DNA of 55,580 nt from a virus. Shown here in pieces: positions 35,131-43,763 of this stretch (the first letter of the stretch is position 1; the number at the start of each line of letters is the position of its first letter). The stretch lies in IMG/VR virus record IMGVR_UViG_3300016476_000413, positions 1 to 55,580 of that record; one strand, given 5' to 3'. The notes under the pieces were generated by a model that saw only the letters and a list, made by a program, of their open reading frames with translations, was not told the origin of the DNA and made no database searches. The translations under genes were made by a program, and so were the position numbers.

Positions 35131-38100
35131 ATGATGGACCAGTTGCGCTTGGGACGAGTCCCAGACCCCCTTGGAATGGAAGACGACACCGACGAGTTCG
35201 GTCTGTTCAAGTCTTCCGGTCAGGCCTACCAACAGGACGTCGTGCCGCGCTCCAAGGGGATTAGTCCCAGCGCAGCACCTGCCACTCCCGCGCCGAAGGC
35301 TGGCAAGTTCACCTTCGACCTGTACGGCGAGACGCCGGCCCCTGCGGCTGCGCCAGCCTCGCGGCCACAGAAAGCGGGCTCCTTCACCTTCGACCTCTAT
35401 CAGGATCAGACGAAAGCCGAGCCGGCCCAGGCACCAGCCGAAGAGCGTGGCGACACCTCACGCGGATTCCAAGCTGCACTCGAACAGACGCCGGCCCTGT
35501 TGAAGGGCGCTGTTGGCTTCGTTGGCGCTGCCGGCGAGAAGGCCTTCGGCGAAGGCGGCGCGTTCTCCGCACTCAAGAAGTACGGCCTCGAGGGCTACCA
35601 GAAGAGCATGGCCGAGATCCAGTCTCGCGCCAAGGACACCGACGACATCACCAACGCTTGGGACAAGGCCAAGCAGGGTGACCTCGGCGCACTGGTCGAC
35701 TGGGCGCAGTACGGCATTGGCTACCTCGGCGGCAACGTCGTTGACACCGTGGCCACGTCTGTCCTCGGCGGTCTGGCTGGTGCCGCTCTGTCCGGTCCTG
35801 CAGCTCCCGCTGGCGCTGTGGCCGGCGCAGTCACTGGCGCGGCGGGCAAGCAGGCGGTCAAGGGCGTAGCCAAGAACCTGATCGAGGGCATGGTCGCCAA
35901 GGAAGCGGCCAAGCTGGCAGAAAAGGAAGGCCTCGAGATCGCAAGCGAGGCGATGGTCAAGCAGGCCACCAAGAACGTCGCCAAGAGCATCGGCTCTGCC
36001 ACTGCGCTGGCCGGCTCCGGCATCGTCAAGGAGACCGGCAGCATCTACGGCGAGGCTGAGGAAGAGGCTACCAAGAATGGGCGCGAGCTCGACGGCGGTG
36101 ATCTGGCTCGCATCTTCGGCGCTGGCGTGGTCGCCGGCCTGACCGAGTTCGCGACCGACAAGCTGGGTCTCGACGCTGCAGCCGGCAAGATCAAGATCCC
36201 GGGCGGCGGTCGTGTGGGCCGTGCACTGGTGGGTGGCGCTGCAGGCACCGGCATCGAGGGCGGTCAGGAATTGCTGCAGACGGCCATCGAGCGGTTCGGC
36301 GCAGCCAAGGATCTGACTGGCGAAGACGCCATGCGCGACTACATCAACTCGTTCGCGCTGGGCGGTCTGGGTGGCGGCACCATCGGTAGCATCACAGGTG
36401 CGCTGCGCTCCGGCAAACAGACGCCAGACAAGGTGCGCGAGTGGCTCAAGGATGCGGAGGCCGAGCTCTCCAACAACGACGGTCGTCAGGAGCTGTTCGA
36501 CGCCATGAGTCAGGACGAGCGCATGTCGCAGATCCTGCAGTCCAACGGCATCGAGTCCGCCGAAGACCCGCGCTTCCAGTCTGTCATCACCAAGGCCATT
36601 GCGACCCAACGTCTGTTGGCCGACCTCGAGGCACCGACACCCGAGCAGATGGCAGAGACGCGCAAGCAGCGCGAGGCCGACGTGCAGGCTGCATTCGGCG
36701 ACACGGCCAGCACCGGCACAGGTGTGGGCACAAGCGCAGCCGAGCCAGTGATCCAGCGTGACAGCGTGACGCCCAACCTCGAGACCCGCCAGCTCGAGGG
36801 CGAGGCCAAGCCGGTGATCCTGCCCGAAGGAGAGACCACTCCTGCCGGCACCGTGGCGCTGGCCCCCGAGGACATCGTCTCCCGCAATCAGGGGTACGAG
36901 GTGCTGCCTGCATTCGCCGTGGGCGGTCAGGCTGTTGCCAACCGGTTCGTCAGCATGAAGCAGGCCGAGGCCTTTTTGTTCGGCCCGGTCAACAAGGAAA
37001 CTGGTCAACGTGAGGGCGGTTACGCAAGCACCGTTGACGACATGGAGTTCCAGATCCGCCAAGGCAAGCGGAGCAAGGAGGCTGGCGGCGGCACGTTCTT
37101 CTTCGTCGAGGGACGCCAGAAGCCGACGGGCACCCAACAGATCGACGAGGCTGCAAATCAAGCGGCCACCAGCCCCGCGAACGACCTGCCCAAGCCGACC
37201 GAGAAACAGAAGGCGGCGGGCAACTACAAGAAGGGCAACGTCAAGATCGTCGGCCTCGACATCGCTGTCGAGAATCCTCGCGGCTCCGAGCGCAGCGGCA
37301 CCGACGCAAGCGGCCAGTCGTGGAAGACCAACATGGCCCACCACTACGGCTACGTGCGCCGCAGCAAGGGCAAGGACGGCGATCAGGTCGACGTCTTCAT
37401 TGGCCCGAACCCGGAGTCCCAGAAGGTCTTCGTGGTCGACCAGAAGAACCCTGACGGTTCGTTCGACGAGCACAAGGTCATGCTCGGCTTCAACACCCTC
37501 GAGGAAGCGCAGGCCGGCTACATGGCCAACTACTCTGCCGGCTGGCAAGGCATGGGCGCGATCAGCGAGATGCCGGTCGACGCCTTCAAGTCGTGGGTGA
37601 AGGATGGCAAGAAGCGCAAGCCGCTGGCCTACCAGCCGCCGCAACAGACTGCAGCGCCCGCTCCTGCACCAGCTCCTGCCCCAGCTCCTGCGCCGGCACC
37701 CGAGCCGAAGAAGACGGTCGAGCAGAAGCTCAAGGACAAGGTCAAGCAGAAGAAAGCCGAAGCACCCGCACCAGCACCAGCTCCTGCGCCAGCACCAGCC
37801 CCGGCACCCGCACCGAAGCCTTCCCCTGCGCCGGCCCCGGCTCCCAAGCCTGCGCCCGAGAAGAAGGTGACGGTCGAGCAGACGCTGAAAGAGAAGATGC
37901 TGCAGAAGGGCCGCATCGCTCTAGGCAAGAAGCAGTGGGGCACCTACGCCCCCGACGGCGTGAAGTGGACCGACCTGACCCCCGAGGCTCAACAGAAGTG
38001 GGCCGACGCTGTGGCAGAGGGCAAGCCCACGCTGGCGCTGGCCGACGAGCTGTCGCCCGCTCCGAAGAAGACCAAGGAGCAGGAAGCCGCTGACGCCAAG

Positions 38101-41100
38101 ATTGGCGCGGCCAAGGTCGCCAACGAGAAGGTCGTCGAGTTCTGGGAGGATCAAGACGACGGCAGCGTGCCTCACGTCGCTTGGGCCGATCTGTCCAAGG
38201 AGCGCCAGCGCGACTGGAAGGAGGCGGTCGAGGACGGCTACGCCTCGGCAGATCTGCACGACAAGCTGGTTGCAGCACAGCTCCAGAACGAGCGTGCCGA
38301 GCGCACCAACGCCAAGATCGTCAAAGACACCGAGGTCGACGGCGCTTTCCGCACGAGCGGCAAAGCCACCGGCATGGAGAAGTCGGACGTCGAGAAGCTG
38401 TTCAAGCGAATCATCACCGGCTGGCGTCGTCTCCCGTCTGTTGTGGTCTTGCAGTCTGAGGACCAGCTCCCGGTCATTCTGCTGAACCGGATCAAGCGTG
38501 CTGACATTTCGGGCAAGGTGCCCGGGATCTACCACAAGGGCAAGGTCTACCTCGTCGCCGACAACCTGTCGAACGCCAAGGACGTGGTCCTCACGGTCAC
38601 TCACGAGATCGCCGGCCACTACGGTCTGCGCTCGATCCTCGGCTCCGACTATGCGGCCACGATGGACCGCATCTACGAGGGCAACAGATCTGTCCGCAAG
38701 CTGGCCGACCAGATGATGGTCAAGGAAGGCCTGCCCCGCCAAGTGGCTGTCGAGGAAGTGCTGGCCGACATGGCGGAGAACGGCGCATCGCCGGAGGCCC
38801 AGTCTGCTCTGCGGACGCTCTACACCAAGATCCGCCAGTGGCTGCGCGAGCGCTTCAACATCGCGTTCGTGTCCGACAACGAGATCAAGCAGATCATCGC
38901 CAACGCTCGCGAGTACGTGATCGAGGGCAAGGGTGAAGAGGGTGAGGGTGGCACCGCCGCAGCCGACGCGCAGGCGCTGGTGGCCCAGCGTGCCACGGGT
39001 GTGGCCACCTTCTACTCCGCGCTCGAGCGTGCATTCCGCCAGCCCAAGGCACCGAACAAGATGCCCGCCGACCAGTGGCGCAACTGGCTGTACTCCAAGG
39101 ACAAAGACGGGAACATCCTGCCCAAGCAACCCGGCGTGAAGGCCGAGGAGATTGAGTGGGTTGGTGTTGATGACTGGCTGTCGCTGCCCAGCAATCAGGG
39201 CCGCAGCATCAGCAAGCAGGAGGTGCTCGACTTCATTGCCGGCAATCGCGTCTATGTCAACGAGCGCCTGCTGAACGACTCCCCCGATCCGTCGATGGTG
39301 CCCGATGAGGAGCTGCCGCAGTACCGAGATCCGGAGCAAGAGGATCTCTACGAGTACGTGTACGATTACCTTGATCGCGCCGGAGAGCCGCTCGAGGTGA
39401 ACGACACTTCGATTGACGATATGTCGTTCGACGAGCTCAAGGACTTCATCACCAATGAGACCGGTGGTTGGCAGCGGTTCATGTCGCATCACAAGCGACA
39501 GATCGAGCGCGCTCGCATTGGCTATGTAAAGCGCCGGTATGGCTCAAAGCACAACACGTCCTCGCTGACGATCCCCGGTGGCAGGAATTACGCCGAGCTG
39601 GTTCTGTTCGATCCTTCGATTGGCAGCTACAAGCAGTTCGACGACGTTCACTACGGCGACATCACACAAGGCAAGACCATTGGCTGGCTGCGGATGAAGG
39701 TCCGCAATGATGCCAACGGCAACCCGGTTCTGTTCATCGAGGAGATGCAGAGTCAGCGCGAACAGGACATGCGGAAGGGTGAGGACGTTCCTCCGACTCC
39801 ATTCGCCAAGGACTCGCGCTCTTGGACCTCTCTCTTGCTCAAGCGGGCCATTGCGTATGCACAGGCAAACGGCATCGACCGTGTGGCTTGGACTCGCGGC
39901 GAGCAGCAGAACGAACGCTACGACCTCGCGAAGCGGGTCAAGCGCATCGACTACAACCCGATCTCTGGCACGCTGACAACCTACCCGGTTGACGGTGGCC
40001 GAGCCCGGACGCAGGAAGGGGTTGAGCGCAGCAAGCTCGGCGAGTACGTCGGCGAGCAGCTCGCGGAGAAGATCGAGGAACAGATCGGCCCGAAGATGAA
40101 GGCCATCGAGGAAGCCTCGGCCAAGTACAAGGTCACCCAGAAGGAAGGCAAAGACGGCTCTCCGTACTGGCAAGTGACCAAACCTGACGGCAAGTCGGGC
40201 GGTCGCTATGACTCCGAGGAGGAGGCGCGTGGTGTCGTTAACGCCTTCCTGAAGGATCTCGAGAATGTCGACACCAATGTCACGGGCGTAGTGAAGGGCG
40301 AGGCCTTGGAGCTTGGTGGCCCAGACCTGCGCCCGTACTACGACCAGACTGTGCCCTCTGTTGCGAAGGCTGTTCTCAAGCCCTTCGGCGGCACGACTGA
40401 GATCATGGAGATCGACGGCACCGGTCAACAGATCGGCTTCGTGATCCCCGAGAAGCTACAGCAGACCTTGGTCGAAGACGGCCTGCCGATGTTCCGCCGC
40501 AAGGACTACGAGGCCCAGTTCGATGACCTGCCCAAGGATGTGCAGGAGATGGCGGTGGCCAAGGGCCACTACTCGCCGCCGACCATCCGCCAGCGCCTCG
40601 ACTCCCTCAAGCCTAAGCTGTGGCTGCGCGTGGTGCAGGGCACCTTCGACCGCTTCCGCTCGGTCAAGGACATTGACCTCAAGGCCTACATGCAGCTTCG
40701 CATGTCGACCACCGTGGACGGTGCGCTCGAGGGTCTGTTGCATTACGGTCAGGTCTTCAACGACGACGGTGCGCTGAACCTGAAGAAGGGCACCAAGGGT
40801 CTGCTCGAGATCCTCGGAAAGGTTGGTCCGGAGACGGATCGCTTCCTGCTGTGGATTGCGGCCAACCGTGCAGGCGAGCTCAAGAAGCAGGACCGCGAGC
40901 GCTTCTTCTCCGACGACGAGATCGCCAAGCTCAAGCGCCTGAACGCCGGCACAATGAAGGACGGCAAGTCCCGTGTCGCTGTGTACGCAGAGACGCTGCG
41001 CCAGATGAACGAGCTCAACCGCTCGGTGCTGGATGTCGCCAGACAGACCGGCCTGATCGACGAGTCGGCCTACAAGCGCTTCAGCTCCGACATCTGGTAC

Positions 41101-43092
41101 ATCCCGTTCTATCGCCAGATGGACGACGACGCCACCCTGTCTGCAGCTCAGAACAGTTCGGCGTCTGTTGGTCAGTACCTATCGAAGAAGCTCAAGGGCA
41201 GCGAGCGCCAGCTCAACGACCTGATGGAGAACGTGCTGCTCAACTGGTCGCACATTCTGTCGGCGTCCATGAAGAACCAAGCCGCGAACGCGACGCTCGA
41301 CTCCGCGACACAGATGGGTGGCATCGTCACCAAACTGGACCGTCAGGAGAAGGGCGCGGTCAAGACGATGGTCAACGGCAAGGAGACCTTCTGGCGGATC
41401 GACGACGAGTTCCTGCTGGCCTCCCTCGACTCTGTTGCCAACGTCCCGAGCTACGGCTTCTTCACCAACGTGGCTCGCGAGTTCAAGACGACGCTGACCC
41501 GGTTCGTTGCCCTGAGCCCGACGTTCAAGATCAACAACCTGATCCGCGACTCGATCCAGTCCATCGGTCTGACCGAACTCAACAAGAACCCGGTCGCCAA
41601 CGTCATCGAGGGGATGCGTCTTTACAAGGGCGAGCGTGCCGAGGCGCTGGTCGGTGGCGGCCTGTTCGCGATGGGCAACGCCTTCGACGGTGACCGCGCT
41701 GCCAGTGTGAAGCGCCTGCTCAAGGCCGGCGTGCCGGATCAGGACATCTGGTCCACCGACGAGAAGGTGAAGAACGGCCTGAAGAAAGTCTGGACGAAGT
41801 ACGACGAGTTCAGCGACGCGATGGAAAACGCCAACAGACTGGCGCTGTACCAACAGCTCCGGGCGAAGGGAGCGTCACACCTCGAGGCCGCATACGCCGC
41901 TCGCGACCTGCAGGACTTCAGCCTGCAAGGCAACTTCGTTGCGGTGCGCTACCTGTCGCAGGTTCTGCCCTACTTCAATGCCCGCCTGCAGGGCATGTAC
42001 AAGCTGGGCCGCGACGGCATCGACCCCGCGCTTGCGGTGCTCATGGGCCGCGCCAACGAATCTCAGCGCCAGAAGGCCGCGAAGTTCGGCGTGGTGCTGG
42101 GTGCCGTGACGATGGCCGCTCTGGTGCTGTACCTCAGTCAGAAGGACGACGAGGACTGGAAGAAGCGCGAGGAGTGGGATCGCGACATGTTCTTCTGGTT
42201 CAAGATCCCCGGCACTGACACGGCAATCCGCATCCCCAAGCCGTTCGAGATGGGTGCATTTGCCACCATCATCGAGCGCATGACGGAGCAGATGGTCGAC
42301 AAGGATGTCGAGGGCAAGGTGTTCGGCAAGCGTCTGTTGGCGGTTCTGTCCGACAACTTGGCGATCAACCTGATCCCGCAGGTGGTGCGCCCGCTCTACG
42401 ACATCGCCCGCAACAAGGACGGCATCACCGACAGACCAATCGAGTCGATGGGCATGGAGCGTCTGTCGCCAGAGAACCGGGTCAATGCCGGCACCTCGGC
42501 TGCTGCCGTTGCGCTGGGCACGATCAACTCGATGTTCGCGGACGCCGTCTCCAGCGTCACGGGCGGGGCGGTGAGCGCCAACAGTCTGAAGGCATCGCCC
42601 ATCCAATACGACTACCTGATGCGGTCCTACCTCGGCTGGCTGGGTACGGTCATCCAGACCACATCCAATGTGGTGGCCTCGCCGTTCAAGGATGGCGAGT
42701 CGCCGAGCCGCAAGGTCGACGACATCTTCGTGGTCGGCAACTTCGTTAAGTCGATGCCGCAGAGCCAGTCAAAGTACGTGAGCAGCTTCTACGAGAACGC
42801 GAAGGAGATCGCCACGGTGACGGCGGACTACAAGTCGTTCATCGCTGCCGGCGAGGCGGAGAAGGCGATGAAGATCGCCGAGGAGAAGGGTGACATGATC
42901 GCCCTGAACAAGCTGTACTCGAGGGTGCAGGACAAGATGTCCGCAGTCTCGAAGCGCATCAAGCAGGTTCAGGACGACAAGGAGATGCCCGGGGACCAGA
43001 AGCGATCCGAGATCGACAGACTGTCCCAGATCCGCATCGAGTACGCCCGGATGGCCGAGGAGGCTAGGCTCGCCAAGCATCGGGGTGAGTGA
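35131..43092 (+). CDS. giant polyvalent virion protein (2653 aa): Gly/Ala-rich N-region, InPase-like domain, PA linkers, HExxH zincin-like domain, C-terminal TM-containing module
   Basis: One uninterrupted ORF. The InPase-like segment NYKKGNVKIVGLDIAVENPRGS...HYGYVRRSKGKDGDQVDVFIGPN lies at about 37220-37620. The HExxH motif VLTVTHEIAGHYG lies at about 38590-38630. TM helices occur near aa 2310. All antisense ORFs within the gene are rejected. Confidence 0.85.
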   Translation: MMDQLRLGRVPDPLGMEDDTDEFGLFKSSGQAYQQDVVPRSKGISPSAAPATPAPKAGKFTFDLYGETPAPAAAPASRPQKAGSFTFDLYQDQTKAEPAQAPAEERGDTSRGFQAALEQTPALLKGAVGFVGAAGEKAFGEGGAFSALKKYGLEGYQKSMAEIQSRAKDTDDITNAWDKAKQGDLGALVDWAQYGIGYLGGNVVDTVATSVLGGLAGAALSGPAAPAGAVAGAVTGAAGKQAVKGVAKNLIEGMVAKEAAKLAEKEGLEIASEAMVKQATKNVAKSIGSATALAGSGIVKETGSIYGEAEEEATKNGRELDGGDLARIFGAGVVAGLTEFATDKLGLDAAAGKIKIPGGGRVGRALVGGAAGTGIEGGQELLQTAIERFGAAKDLTGEDAMRDYINSFALGGLGGGTIGSITGALRSGKQTPDKVREWLKDAEAELSNNDGRQELFDAMSQDERMSQILQSNGIESAEDPRFQSVITKAIATQRLLADLEAPTPEQMAETRKQREADVQAAFGDTASTGTGVGTSAAEPVIQRDSVTPNLETRQLEGEAKPVILPEGETTPAGTVALAPEDIVSRNQGYEVLPAFAVGGQAVANRFVSMKQAEAFLFGPVNKETGQREGGYASTVDDMEFQIRQGKRSKEAGGGTFFFVEGRQKPTGTQQIDEAANQAATSPANDLPKPTEKQKAAGNYKKGNVKIVGLDIAVENPRGSERSGTDASGQSWKTNMAHHYGYVRRSKGKDGDQVDVFIGPNPESQKVFVVDQKNPDGSFDEHKVMLGFNTLEEAQAGYMANYSAGWQGMGAISEMPVDAFKSWVKDGKKRKPLAYQPPQQTAAPAPAPAPAPAPAPAPEPKKTVEQKLKDKVKQKKAEAPAPAPAPAPAPAPAPAPKPSPAPAPAPKPAPEKKVTVEQTLKEKMLQKGRIALGKKQWGTYAPDGVKWTDLTPEAQQKWADAVAEGKPTLALADELSPAPKKTKEQEAADAKIGAAKVANEKVVEFWEDQDDGSVPHVAWADLSKERQRDWKEAVEDGYASADLHDKLVAAQLQNERAERTNAKIVKDTEVDGAFRTSGKATGMEKSDVEKLFKRIITGWRRLPSVVVLQSEDQLPVILLNRIKRADISGKVPGIYHKGKVYLVADNLSNAKDVVLTVTHEIAGHYGLRSILGSDYAATMDRIYEGNRSVRKLADQMMVKEGLPRQVAVEEVLADMAENGASPEAQSALRTLYTKIRQWLRERFNIAFVSDNEIKQIIANAREYVIEGKGEEGEGGTAAADAQALVAQRATGVATFYSALERAFRQPKAPNKMPADQWRNWLYSKDKDGNILPKQPGVKAEEIEWVGVDDWLSLPSNQGRSISKQEVLDFIAGNRVYVNERLLNDSPDPSMVPDEELPQYRDPEQEDLYEYVYDYLDRAGEPLEVNDTSIDDMSFDELKDFITNETGGWQRFMSHHKRQIERARIGYVKRRYGSKHNTSSLTIPGGRNYAELVLFDPSIGSYKQFDDVHYGDITQGKTIGWLRMKVRNDANGNPVLFIEEMQSQREQDMRKGEDVPPTPFAKDSRSWTSLLLKRAIAYAQANGIDRVAWTRGEQQNERYDLAKRVKRIDYNPISGTLTTYPVDGGRARTQEGVERSKLGEYVGEQLAEKIEEQIGPKMKAIEEASAKYKVTQKEGKDGSPYWQVTKPDGKSGGRYDSEEEARGVVNAFLKDLENVDTNVTGVVKGEALELGGPDLRPYYDQTVPSVAKAVLKPFGGTTEIMEIDGTGQQIGFVIPEKLQQTLVEDGLPMFRRKDYEAQFDDLPKDVQEMAVAKGHYSPPTIRQRLDSLKPKLWLRVVQGTFDRFRSVKDIDLKAYMQLRMSTTVDGALEGLLHYGQVFNDDGALNLKKGTKGLLEILGKVGPETDRFLLWIAANRAGELKKQDRERFFSDDEIAKLKRLNAGTMKDGKSRVAVYAETLRQMNELNRSVLDVARQTGLIDESAYKRFSSDIWYIPFYRQMDDDATLSAAQNSSASVGQYLSKKLKGSERQLNDLMENVLLNWSHILSASMKNQAANATLDSATQMGGIVTKLDRQEKGAVKTMVNGKETFWRIDDEFLLASLDSVANVPSYGFFTNVAREFKTTLTRFVALSPTFKINNLIRDSIQSIGLTELNKNPVANVIEGMRLYKGERAEALVGGGLFAMGNAFDGDRAASVKRLLKAGVPDQDIWSTDEKVKNGLKKVWTKYDEFSDAMENANRLALYQQLRAKGASHLEAAYAARDLQDFSLQGNFVAVRYLSQVLPYFNARLQGMYKLGRDGIDPALAVLMGRANESQRQKAAKFGVVLGAVTMAALVLYLSQKDDEDWKKREEWDRDMFFWFKIPGTDTAIRIPKPFEMGAFATIIERMTEQMVDKDVEGKVFGKRLLAVLSDNLAINLIPQVVRPLYDIARNKDGITDRPIESMGMERLSPENRVNAGTSAAAVALGTINSMFADAVSSVTGGAVSANSLKASPIQYDYLMRSYLGWLGTVIQTTSNVVASPFKDGESPSRKVDDIFVVGNFVKSMPQSQSKYVSSFYENAKEIATVTADYKSFIAAGEAEKAMKIAEEKGDMIALNKLYSRVQDKMSAVSKRIKQVQDDKEMPGDQKRSEIDRLSQIRIEYARMAEEARLAKHRGE
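37654..37900 (+). repeat. in-frame duplicated (Pro-Ala)n linker plus KK(V)TVEQ.LK.K module inside the giant gene
   Basis: The segment translates to APAPAPAPAPAPAPAPEPKKTVEQKLKDK... and APAPAPAPAPAPAPAPAPKPSPAPAPAPKPAPEKKVTVEQTLKEK. Confidence 0.8.
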
Positions 43093-43540
43093 GGGGGGCG
43101 TCCCGCCCCTTCTCGTCCACTGCCGCCGCCCGGTAGACGTGCTCCATCGCGCCGTCGAGCTCTCGCCGGGTGCAGCGCCTCTGCATGTCGTCGGTCAGGT
43201 TCAGGCCGACACCGAGCTGGCCGAGCTCCTCTCCCGTGCCACCCCACTTGCCGGTTCTCTCGTGGCGTTCCCACACGGACTTCAAGGCGCGGCAGGCCAG
43301 ATCCATTGCCTCCTTGGCGTCATCGAAGTAGGTGTAGGCCAGCGTGTTGCCGAGGTTCATGCGAGCCGCCATTGCGTGCCACATGTGTTCTTCGAACCCT
43401 CTGGTCCGCAGGTGCTCGAGGAACTGGTGCGGGATGAGCTGCAGCTTGATCTCGGTGTCCGAGCTGAAGCGGATGTTGATCGGGAGAACCCGAGCGGGCT
43501 TGGCCCGGTACTTCTTCTTGGGTTTCTTGTTGCCTGCCAT
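43064..43540 (-). CDS. conserved prophage protein next to attP/int (function unknown)
   Basis: 158 aa. The basic N-terminus MAGNKKPKKKYRAKP is a family pattern I recognise next to integrases in proteobacterial prophages. The 3' end overlaps the giant gene by 29 nt (convergent). Confidence 0.6.
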   Translation of the reverse strand: MAGNKKPKKKYRAKPARVLPINIRFSSDTEIKLQLIPHQFLEHLRTRGFEEHMWHAMAARMNLGNTLAYTYFDDAKEAMDLACRALKSVWERHERTGKWGGTGEELGQLGVGLNLTDDMQRRCTRRELDGAMEHVYRAAAVDEKGRDAPLTHPDAWRA

Positions 43541-43682
43541 GACTGTGACCAGATTGTGTCCAGAGGTTTTGTTTGTCGATCGTCATCCCCAGTAGGAATG
43601 TGTCGTTGATTGTGCCAGAAAAAGCGGGTAGCTTTGCGCCAAGTGTATGAAGTTGTTGGAGAAAAGCGACGGATTCTGTGGG

Positions 43683-43739
43683 ACTCGAAATCAGGTTTGG
43701 GGCAACCCAACGGGGGTTCGAATCCCTCTCTCTCCGCCA
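43683..43739 (+). other. tRNA-Ser(CGA)-like 3' segment; putative attP core
   Basis: ACTCGAAATCAGG-TTTGGGGCAACCCAA-CGGGGGTTCGAATCCCTC-TCTCTCCGCCA comprises an anticodon loop (CGA), a long variable arm, a T-arm, the 3' acceptor and CCA. The upstream half does not fold as D or anticodon stems. It lies 25 nt from the 3' end of int. Confidence 0.65.
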
Positions 43740-43763
43740 ATCAAATCAGTCAGTTGGGTGCGG

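Noticed and set aside
37654-37900. Tandem repeats (the PA-linker region here and the RG/RD region at 46215-46345) as CRISPR-like or VNTR arrays.
   Set aside because: Both are in-frame coding low-complexity linkers with no repeat-spacer architecture. No cas genes or leader are present anywhere in the window.
35458-39492. Long antisense ORFs inside the giant gene (35458..37644 at 728 aa, 37921..39492 at 523 aa, plus several plus-strand alternative-frame ORFs).
   Set aside because: Same shadow-ORF character. The sense frame is a single uninterrupted 7.96-kb ORF with recognisable domains.
41677-41694. The NAFDGD motif in the giant protein as a DxDGD-type RNA polymerase catalytic loop, which would be attractive given the hairpin array.
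   Set aside because: The first Asp of the triad is Ala, and I could not recognise any surrounding double-psi beta-barrel or T7-like RNAP motifs. It is treated as a chance match unless structure prediction says otherwise.
43064-43540. The gene next to attP/int as a moron-encoded defence or toxin-antitoxin system.
   Set aside because: It is a single gene with no partner, no nuclease, ATPase or toxin motifs that I can see, and it belongs to a family commonly found in this position in prophages. I also found no reverse transcriptase (retron/DGR) or other defence hallmark anywhere in the genome.
43658-43739. Possible intact tRNA-Ser gene.
   Set aside because: Only the anticodon loop, variable arm, T-arm and 3' acceptor are tRNA-like. 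The 5' strand of the anticodon stem and the D-arm cannot be paired, and the element would be about 82 nt, short for tRNA-Ser. It is interpreted as an attP core instead.
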